Shown here piece after piece: positions 27,113-34,336 of a stretch of DNA of 34,336 nucleotides (position 1 is the first letter of the stretch; each line of letters begins with the position of its first letter). The notes under the pieces were generated by a model. The model did no database searches. It had not been told where the DNA came from and was given only the letters and a program-made list of their open reading frames with translations. Source of the stretch: Candidatus Scalinduaceae bacterium (GTDB lineage: Bacteria; Planctomycetota; Brocadiia; Brocadiales; Scalinduaceae); NCBI GenBank assembly GCA_046759445.1, contig JBHICG010000034.1, positions 1 to 34,336 of the forward strand, given 5' to 3'. The translations under genes were made by a program, and so were the position numbers.

Positions 27113-28051
27113 TTATCTTGTCGCTCCTACTTTCTTTAACATTTCTAGTTTTTCTTTTGCCTTATCGGCCCATTCACTATTTGGGAATTCTTTTATTACT
27201 GATTTAAAATAGATAACCCCAGCATCTGGCCTTTTTTTTCGCAAATAAAATTCTCCTGTTTTGTAATCTCTCTCAGCCATAGCTATATCTATTTCTGTAA
27301 TTATTTTTTTTGTATCAGGAACCAATGCTCCCTGCGGATTGCTAGCAATATACTCTTCAAATCCATGGCGTGACTGAGAAAGCAACTCAAAATTTCTTTC
27401 TTGAATACGAATATTACTCAATTTGCAATATGGGATTCTGAATTGAGCATAAGGGACCCATTCGCTGTTAGGATAGCTTTCTATCACACGAAGGTAAGAT
27501 CCCTGTGCTTCTTCATAATTACGTAATTGAAAATAACAATCCGCAATTTTCACCTGCGCGTCAGCAGCAATAAAACCAAGTGGATTCCGTTCAATAATCT
27601 TTTCAAACACCTTAATAGCTCCCCTTTCATCATTATTTTCCATTTGTGCTACTCCAACCTGGAACTCTTTTTCCATCACCTCTTTTGTCTTTCGCGTACC
27701 TGGATTACTTTCTATTATTTGATCATACGCCTTAAAGGCTTTCTTATAGTCACCAAACATATAATATGCCCTGCCTATATTTAATTGAGCTTCCTCTGCA
27801 ATCTCTGCTTCAGGATTATTTTCAATAATATCGTTGAATACCCCTATAGCACTTATATATTCTTTTTTTACCATTAATGTTATGGCATACTGGAATTGTT
27901 GATTAATTGTTTCCCTAGATAGTAAATCTGTATCAACCCAACCAGTCTCTTTACTCCATATAAACTCCGCATATGATATTTTTATAACATGAAGCACAAA
28001 AATAGCAGAAATAAATAATATTATTAGTTGTCTTTTCATAGATAGTTCCAC
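27113..28051 (-). CDS. bamD: Outer membrane assembly factor BamD-like TPR protein
   Basis: Multiple TPRs, C-terminal AERDYKTGEFYLRK...YFKSVIKEFPNS; start may be second Met. Confidence 0.8.
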   Translation of the reverse strand: MELSMKRQLIILFISAIFVLHVIKISYAEFIWSKETGWVDTDLLSRETINQQFQYAITLMVKKEYISAIGVFNDIIENNPEAEIAEEAQLNIGRAYYMFGDYKKAFKAYDQIIESNPGTRKTKEVMEKEFQVGVAQMENNDERGAIKVFEKIIERNPLGFIAADAQVKIADCYFQLRNYEEAQGSYLRVIESYPNSEWVPYAQFRIPYCKLSNIRIQERNFELLSQSRHGFEEYIASNPQGALVPDTKKIITEIDIAMAERDYKTGEFYLRKKRPDAGVIYFKSVIKEFPNSEWADKAKEKLEMLKKVGATR

Positions 28052-28776
28052 ATTTTAAGCTCTTTATTTAGTAAAAAGGAAATATAGTGCTTAAACAAAC
28101 TTCTAATCTCGTCTTTAAGAGACAATTGTATTGTTAAACGTTCTATCTTTTGAGTAGTCTTACTTGCTAAATAGTTTATGGTTGCTATAGCACCTCCTGA
28201 AACCTGTACTAGTTCTCTAGTGTTACCCCCACAACCTGTACAAAGCAAGCCGCCCTCAGATGCGCTAAAAAAAGCAAACCTTTTTGAATTCATTTTTGCC
28301 TTACAGATAACGCAATGATTCATTTCAGGCAAGTATCCAACTAATGCAAGCATTTGTACCTCAAAAGATAAAGTGCTTACAGTAGAATCATCTTTACTGG
28401 CTATATCGTACAGCGTATTTATGAAAAGATTAAAAAGACATTCACTTTTATCGTTTTCTTCAGTAAATTCTCTAACTAATTCAAGAATATAAGAAGCTGA
28501 ATAATATTTTTTTAAATTCTCTCTCAGCGAGTTAAAATTATCTTGCAATACCCACTCAGTCAAGACATATAGATTAGAGCGTTCCTTGTGAACAAATACA
28601 ATATTGTTATATGTTAATAAATCTATACCGCCACTTATACCCCTGGTAGAACGTTTTAGTCCTTTAGCTAACGTCTGAATTTTCCCGTAATCACGCGTAT
28701 AGAAGGTAATTATTTGACTCGAATCTTTATAATTAATCCTCCTCAAAGTAATCGCAGGTGTTTTACAAAAACTCAT
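28036..28776 (-). CDS. recO: DNA repair protein RecO
   Basis: N-terminal OB fold (FYTRDYGKI..LAKG), GYLP, CVIC...GGLLCTGC zinc finger. Confidence 0.93.
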   Translation of the reverse strand: MSFCKTPAITLRRINYKDSSQIITFYTRDYGKIQTLAKGLKRSTRGISGGIDLLTYNNIVFVHKERSNLYVLTEWVLQDNFNSLRENLKKYYSASYILELVREFTEENDKSECLFNLFINTLYDIASKDDSTVSTLSFEVQMLALVGYLPEMNHCVICKAKMNSKRFAFFSASEGGLLCTGCGGNTRELVQVSGGAIATINYLASKTTQKIERLTIQLSLKDEIRSLFKHYISFLLNKELKMWNYL

Positions 28777-29209
28777 TTTCTACATTTAGCACGCTATAAC
28801 CTAAAAAGCCAAGTATTTCTGATTCCTTTTTATGCATGATTTTTGCATCTCTCTTATTATTATCTCTATATCCCAACAAATGCAATATACCATGCACAAG
28901 GTACAAGATTATTTCTCCTTCAATATTTAACTTTCTTGTACTAGCCACCTCTACTGCCGTTTCTACTGAAACAATAATTTCTCCATTTAAGAACGCCTTA
29001 TTACTGCTCAATGGAAAGGCTATCACATCTGTAACTTCACTAGAACCAAGAAACTGCTCGTTTAGTTTTTTAATCTGATCATTATCGACAAAGGCAATGC
29101 TTAATTTTGCATCCTTTCCTTCTTTATTCAATACTTCCTTAATTATTTTTTTGATTTTTTTAGTATTTATTACATAATGATTTTGCGAATTTGCTATCTC
29201 TATTCTCAC
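28763..29209 (-). CDS. ybeY: rRNA maturation endoribonuclease YbeY
   Basis: TDVIAF, GEIIVS, HGILHLLGY; GTG start. Confidence 0.93.
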   Translation of the reverse strand: MRIEIANSQNHYVINTKKIKKIIKEVLNKEGKDAKLSIAFVDNDQIKKLNEQFLGSSEVTDVIAFPLSSNKAFLNGEIIVSVETAVEVASTRKLNIEGEIILYLVHGILHLLGYRDNNKRDAKIMHKKESEILGFLGYSVLNVENEFL

Positions 29210-29256
29210 TTCTCAAAATATCAGATTATATTTAACCTCTTGTAGTAAAATAACAA

Positions 29257-30216
29257 TCAAGTTTCGTATGCATCAACGATATCCTGAACAAGTTTATGGC
29301 GCACGATATCTCTACGGGTAAGATAAACAAATGCAATTCTGGGAACATTTTTTAACCTTTCCTGTACATCTATAAGTCCAGATGCCTCCCCAGATGGCAA
29401 ATCAACTTGTGTTATATCACCTGTAACAACGACCTTTGCCCTTATCCCCAAACGCGTTAAAAATGTCTTCATCTGCTTTAAAGTGCAATTCTGGGCTTCA
29501 TCAAGTATTATAAACGAATCGTTCAATGTTCTACCTCTCATAAATGCCAGGGGTAATATTTCTATTAAATCGTTTTCAATATATTTCTTTACCTGTCCAA
29601 ACTCTATCATGTCGGCCAATGCATCATAAAGAGGTCGCAAATATGGGTTTACCTTTGCTTGAATATCACCTGGCAAAAAGCCCAATTTTTCTCCTGCCTC
29701 AACTGCAGGGCGAGCAAGGACAATCTTTTTGAGAAAACCACTCTTCATTGTTGAAATCGCTAAAGCGACAGCCAAATATGTCTTTCCTGTTCCCGCAGGA
29801 CCTATACAAAAAACTAAATCGTTATTTCTTATAGCGTCAACGTATCTGGCCTGTCCTTCAGTTTTGGGCCTGATTGGTCGTCTTTTTATAAACACATCAA
29901 TCGCCTGCTCGGGTTGTACGTAGTCAGTCTCCCTCTTTACATCCTCAATAGCTATGTCCACATCTTCTTTATTCAACTTTCCAGATGTTCTTATTGTTTT
30001 TATCAAATTATTTACGACATCCGTTAGCTTCTTTACCTGATCTATTTCACCTTCAAATTTTAAGATACCATTTCTAGCAACAATCTTAACATCAAAGTTA
30101 TTTCGTAAAATCCTAAGATTTTTATCATAACTTCCGAACAAAATGTAAGCTTCGTCATCGCTTTTTAACTGGATTTCCTTCTCAATAATTGTGCTGTTTT
30201 CAAATAATTCTGTCAT
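29257..30216 (-). CDS. phoH: PhoH family ATPase (YbeZ-like)
   Basis: GPAGTGKT, RPAVEAGEKLGFLPG, MRGRT, DEAQN, GDITQVD. Confidence 0.96.
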   Translation of the reverse strand: MTELFENSTIIEKEIQLKSDDEAYILFGSYDKNLRILRNNFDVKIVARNGILKFEGEIDQVKKLTDVVNNLIKTIRTSGKLNKEDVDIAIEDVKRETDYVQPEQAIDVFIKRRPIRPKTEGQARYVDAIRNNDLVFCIGPAGTGKTYLAVALAISTMKSGFLKKIVLARPAVEAGEKLGFLPGDIQAKVNPYLRPLYDALADMIEFGQVKKYIENDLIEILPLAFMRGRTLNDSFIILDEAQNCTLKQMKTFLTRLGIRAKVVVTGDITQVDLPSGEASGLIDVQERLKNVPRIAFVYLTRRDIVRHKLVQDIVDAYET

Positions 30217-30331
30217 ATCTTAGAACTGATTATATACAACTAACATTCATTACACGATGTAAATAATACTTTTTTAACAAATTCAAAATTCCAAATGCCG
30301 GAAAAATAAAGAGAGTTTTTCCAGTACTTGA

Positions 30332-31159
30332 TTAGTACCCCATTATCACAAAAAAATAATAGGCTACAGGTATGCTTATGAGCAACGAATCCAATATGTC
30401 CAATATGCCGCCAAAAGCAGGAATAAAGTTACCCGAATCTTTAACATCCGCATCTCTTTTCATAATAGATTCTATTAAATCCCCAAATATGCCTGAAGCT
30501 CCAACTAATAGTCCAAAAGGTATAATCAAGCTCAAAGGTAAGATTTGTATTCCTGACATATTTAATCCAATCGCGATTATCAGGCTACAAAACAAACCGA
30601 ATAGTGCTCCCTCAATGGTTTTGTTTGGGCTAAAAGATGATAACCTATGCTTGCCAAACCTACTGCCGAACAAATAGCCCCCAATATCCCCACCTTTAGT
30701 AATCAACAATACCGAAAGTATTATACCTAATCCGTTAGGCATATGGCGAATTGGCATTACAAATGAAAGAAAAAAGAATGTATAAATTATCCCAAAAATT
30801 GTAACAGAAATATTTTTAATTGTGTCGCTAGTTTCTTGTTTAAGAGCTTGTACAGCGAACAACCATAAAATAATAAGCACAAAAACGCTGGGAAATATTG
30901 GATTAATACCTTCTTCATAAGCTGACAACCAAAACCCCACAAAAACAACTATACCCCATATAATTCCGGATACCTTAAATGGTTCATAGGCATTTTTTTC
31001 TACTAGATTGTAAAATTCCCATAACGCAATACCACCAACAAACATACCCAAGAGGCCAAGTCCTATATCTGAGTCAAAGACGTAATCTAAAAATATTATG
31101 CCGAAGAAAGCGGCAAGCATAGCTGTGCCAAAAACAATTCTAGTATTAAGTACCGTCAC
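30332..31159 (-). CDS. cdsA: Phosphatidate cytidylyltransferase
   Basis: Polytopic membrane protein; SPNKTIEG, GDLIESIMKRDADVKDSG..IPAFGGILD. Confidence 0.95.
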   Translation of the reverse strand: MTVLNTRIVFGTAMLAAFFGIIFLDYVFDSDIGLGLLGMFVGGIALWEFYNLVEKNAYEPFKVSGIIWGIVVFVGFWLSAYEEGINPIFPSVFVLIILWLFAVQALKQETSDTIKNISVTIFGIIYTFFFLSFVMPIRHMPNGLGIILSVLLITKGGDIGGYLFGSRFGKHRLSSFSPNKTIEGALFGLFCSLIIAIGLNMSGIQILPLSLIIPFGLLVGASGIFGDLIESIMKRDADVKDSGNFIPAFGGILDILDSLLISIPVAYYFFVIMGY

Positions 31160-31872
31160 TCTATTAAACCACCAAACCTTCTTTCTCTCTTAGCATAATC
31201 ATTTAAAGCCTCCTCTAAGTGCTTCTTCCTAAAATCAGGCCAATATACAGACGTAAACATAAGTTCTGCATAGGATATTTCCCAAAGTAAGAAATTACTC
31301 ACACGCATTTCACCACCTGTTCTTATAAGTAAATCAGGATCTGTCATTTCTGAGGTATACATATTGCTCTTAAATATCTCTTCGTCTATACCCCGAAGGG
31401 CAAGTTTTCCTTTTCTTACATCACTTGCAATCTTTTTTGCAGCATCAATTATTTCTGTTCTCCCCCCATAATTAAGTGCAAGACACAAAACCATACCTGT
31501 ATTATTCTTACTTTCTTTAATGCTAATAGACAATTCTCTTTGAATGTCTTCAGGCAAGTCTTTTATTCGTCCTATTGTTTTAAGTATGATATTATTGTCT
31601 TGTATCGTCTTTCTTTCCTCAATTAAGTATTTTTTTAACATTCTCATCAAAAATTTTACTTCTGTTTTTGAACGTTTCCAATTCTCATTTGAGAACGCAT
31701 ACAAAGTCAATTGACCTATGTGTATTTTGGCGCATTCAGTCGTTATTTCTCTTACCGATTTAACCCCCTCCTCATGGCCCCTAATCCTGAAAAAGCCTCT
31801 TTGTCTTGCCCAACGCCCATTACCATCCATTATAATCGCAATGTGATTTGGAAGCTTTTTTCTTTTGATCAT
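31156..31872 (-). CDS. uppS: Undecaprenyl diphosphate synthase (isoprenyl transferase)
   Basis: IIMDGNGRWA, AFSNENWKR, LNYGGR, RTGGEMRVSNFLLW, RRFGG. Confidence 0.97.
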   Translation of the reverse strand: MIKRKKLPNHIAIIMDGNGRWARQRGFFRIRGHEEGVKSVREITTECAKIHIGQLTLYAFSNENWKRSKTEVKFLMRMLKKYLIEERKTIQDNNIILKTIGRIKDLPEDIQRELSISIKESKNNTGMVLCLALNYGGRTEIIDAAKKIASDVRKGKLALRGIDEEIFKSNMYTSEMTDPDLLIRTGGEMRVSNFLLWEISYAELMFTSVYWPDFRKKHLEEALNDYAKRERRFGGLIE

Positions 31873-31874
31873 AT

Positions 31875-33149
31875 TTATAGTCTGATAATCTGCGAGCGTT
31901 CAGGACCAACGGAAATGATTTCTATTTTCAGTCCTAGATACTGTTCAATTGCTTGAAAATAATTCACAGCGTTTTTGGGAAAATTTTCTTTCTTCCTTAC
32001 TTTAGTCGTATCTTCCATCCATCCAGGAAACTCATCATAAACTGGTTCACAATCATGCAGTATGTCTGTGTCCGCAGGAAAATTATGGTACACTTTTCCA
32101 CCACTTTTATATCCCGTACATATTTTCACGATTTCCTGATCATCAAGTACATCAAGCTTAGTCATTACGCCACAATCCACATCATTAATCTTTACAGAAT
32201 GTTTTACAGCAACAGCATCAAACCAGCCGCACCTCCTGGGCCTACCAGTAGTCGCTCCAAATTCTCCACCCTTCTCACGAATATGATCTCCTAGTTTACC
32301 CATAATCTCTGTTGGAAATGGGCCACTACCAACTCTGGTAATATACGCCTTCATTACTCCAAAAACATTATGAATTTGTTTAGGAGAAACGCCTACACCT
32401 GACGAAACCCCACATACACCAGCATTAGATGAAGTAGTGTAAGGATACGTGCCAAAATCCACATCTAACAATGTACCCTGTGCTCCCTCGAAAAGGATTT
32501 TCTTGTTATTGCTGATAGCCTTCGCCAATAAATCTATCGTATCACATACAAATGAATTTATCTTATCTGCGTATATACAGTATTCCTCATAAATTTCTTC
32601 CCAGGAGATAGGTTCCGCATTATATAAATTAACGAATAACTTATTCTTTTCTTCTACTGTTTTTTTTAGTTTTATTTTAAAATGTTCTTTATGATATAAT
32701 TCGGCGATTCGGATACCATTTCGTGCCATCTTGTCAGTATAACACGGCCCAATACCACGTCCAGTTGTGCCTATCATCAAATCACCCTTTTGCTTTTCGA
32801 TAAGTAAATCCAATTTTTTATGATAGGGAAAAACAATATGTGCCCGATCACTTATAAACAAATTTCCATTCACATTAATATTTCTTTTGGATAGTTCTGC
32901 AACTTCATCCAAAAAAGTGCCAGGATCAATTACAATTCCATTTCCAATTACACACTTTTTGCCTGGGTGTAAAATCCCAGATGGTATCAAGTGAAATACA
33001 AACTTTTCATCATTTATAACTAAAGTATGTCCGGCATTACTTCCGCCCTGATAACGAACAATAATATCATAATCAACTGCCAGTATATCTATAATCTTGC
33101 CCTTGCCTTCATCACCCCACTGCAATCCAATAACACAAGTGTTTGACAT
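31875..33149 (-). CDS. purA: Adenylosuccinate synthetase
   Basis: QWGDEGKGK, NAGHT, GTTGRGIGP, EGAQG, GATTGRPRRCGW. Confidence 0.98.
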   Translation of the reverse strand: MSNTCVIGLQWGDEGKGKIIDILAVDYDIIVRYQGGSNAGHTLVINDEKFVFHLIPSGILHPGKKCVIGNGIVIDPGTFLDEVAELSKRNINVNGNLFISDRAHIVFPYHKKLDLLIEKQKGDLMIGTTGRGIGPCYTDKMARNGIRIAELYHKEHFKIKLKKTVEEKNKLFVNLYNAEPISWEEIYEEYCIYADKINSFVCDTIDLLAKAISNNKKILFEGAQGTLLDVDFGTYPYTTSSNAGVCGVSSGVGVSPKQIHNVFGVMKAYITRVGSGPFPTEIMGKLGDHIREKGGEFGATTGRPRRCGWFDAVAVKHSVKINDVDCGVMTKLDVLDDQEIVKICTGYKSGGKVYHNFPADTDILHDCEPVYDEFPGWMEDTTKVRKKENFPKNAVNYFQAIEQYLGLKIEIISVGPERSQIIRL

Positions 33150-33234
33150 AAAATTTTACTCCCTAAGCAATTCTATGAAACATTTCATCTTTTTTATTTG
33201 TTGTACAGAACCCATTGAAATACAAACACTTGCA

Positions 33235-33262
33235 ATTATAGGATATTAAAGGAAAATGTCAA
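33235..33262 (-). promoter_or_regulatory. sigma70 promoter of the purA operon
   Basis: Consensus TTGACA-16 bp-TATAAT about 85 bp upstream of purA. Confidence 0.8.
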
Positions 33263-33304
33263 TAAGAATAAGAAAACACCCTCTCCATGTATGTTGTATT
33301 TCCA

Positions 33305-33333
33305 TTGACTTCCAGATCCACTTCTTGTAACCT
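33305..33333 (+). promoter_or_regulatory. Putative divergent promoter for the nucleoside phosphorylase
   Basis: TTGACT-17 bp-TAACCT. Confidence 0.4.
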
Positions 33334-33544
33334 TTCAAAACACATATCTTAGTTACCTAAAGTCAATTGAAACTCCGGAATAATAACATTGGATTAATGA
33401 TTTTGAAAAAACTATTTCTGATAAATAATAAGAAATAAAGGGGTATCACAGCCGCAGCCAATTAACGTCACAAGGAGTTTTCGACTTTATACGCACAAGG
33501 TTCTAAATCTTCAAAAGCTTTAAAAATTCCAAATTACTTAATCA

Positions 33545-34336
33545 ATGACTAAAACTTTGTACGATTGTATAAATGAATCTGTAAATTACATAAAGAAAAG
33601 TACTGACTTAACTCCCACAATTGGTATTGTTCTGGGAACCGGGTGGCAATACTTCCCGGAAACATTGGATTCGGCGCGTATTTACAAAGATATTCCCCAC
33701 TTTCCCATTCCAACCGTTGAAGGACACAAAGGTACATTAATCATTGGTAAACAAAACAATGTAAACATAATTTGCCTGAAAGGCAGATTACACGCGTATG
33801 AGGAATTCCCAATTGATGATGTAGTTTATCCAATAAGGATAATATGCAAACTTGGGGTTTCCATTTTAGTAGTCACAAATGCGGCTGGTGGTATTAGTCC
33901 TGAATTTTCTCAGGGGGATTACATGCTAATTTGTGATCACATTAACCTTATGGGAGTAAATCCCCTCAAGGGAACATATGATTCAAATATTGGCCCAAGG
34001 TTTATTGATATGTCCGAGGCATACGACAGGAAATTAATCAATATCGCAGAAAATACCCTAAAAGACTTAAACATAAACGTTAAAAAGGGAGTCTATGCAG
34101 GCGTAAATGGACCATCTTATGAAACCCCATCTGAGGTTAAGATGTTGAGAATACTAGGAGCAGATGTTGTAGGAATGTCCACAATTCCTGAAGTTATCGT
34201 TGCCAGACAAATGGGTGTGCGGGTTTGTGGGATATCATGTATAACTAACATGGCTGCTGGTATTAAAGAAGAAAAAATCAATCATGACAAGGTATTAACG
34301 TTAATGAAGACGAATGAAAAGAAACACTCTACTATA
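33545..34336 (+). CDS. punA: Purine nucleoside phosphorylase (trimeric PNP/MTAP family), 3' end runs off the window
   Basis: Not in ORF track; manual translation MTKTLYDCINESV...IVLGTG...TVEGHKG...GRLHAYE...TNAAGG...DHIN...GPSYETPSE...VGMSTIPE...TNMAAG; open to window end. Confidence 0.93.
   Translation, partial: MTKTLYDCINESVNYIKKSTDLTPTIGIVLGTGWQYFPETLDSARIYKDIPHFPIPTVEGHKGTLIIGKQNNVNIICLKGRLHAYEEFPIDDVVYPIRIICKLGVSILVVTNAAGGISPEFSQGDYMLICDHINLMGVNPLKGTYDSNIGPRFIDMSEAYDRKLINIAENTLKDLNINVKKGVYAGVNGPSYETPSEVKMLRILGADVVGMSTIPEVIVARQMGVRVCGISCITNMAAGIKEEKINHDKVLTLMKTNEKKHSTI

Noticed and set aside
13270..32294. Remaining short plus-strand or nested ORFs within annotated genes
   Set aside because: Fully or mostly overlap well-supported genes; no independent evidence
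33549..33737. 62-aa minus-strand ORF
   Set aside because: Antisense to the purine nucleoside phosphorylase gene

Overview
AT-rich bacterial chromosome segment, almost entirely minus-strand coding. Gene order and repeat content suggest an anammox planctomycete (Brocadiales/Scalindua-like); this is an inference only. Left part (1 to ~15.7 kb) is an accessory/defence region. It holds a partial ORF6N gene, a small Cys-rich ORF, a Shedu-type (DUF4263) nuclease, and a coupled three-gene restriction-like/BREX-related module (SNF2 helicase-DUF3883 nuclease, DUF1156 amino-methyltransferase, DUF499 ATPase). It also holds proline iminopeptidase flanked by gene remnants, an orphan CysH-like PAPS reductase preceded by a promoter-proximal array of palindromic units, and an AbiE type IV toxin-antitoxin pair. 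Right part is core genome: glycine-zipper lipoprotein, moeB, TolC, folE, dapA, the run purA-uppS-cdsA-phoH-ybeY-recO-bamD-lptE-folP-cdaA-cdaR-pdxJ, and a divergent purine nucleoside phosphorylase that runs off the end. Intergenic regions are dense in diverse, sometimes nested, palindromic and short periodic repeats. No CRISPR array, rRNA, complete tRNA, integrase or transposase was seen. Best leads: the helicase-MTase-DUF499 module with adjacent Shedu, the 27-28 bp palindrome array with complementary loops upstream of cysH, and a candidate structured leader upstream of folE.
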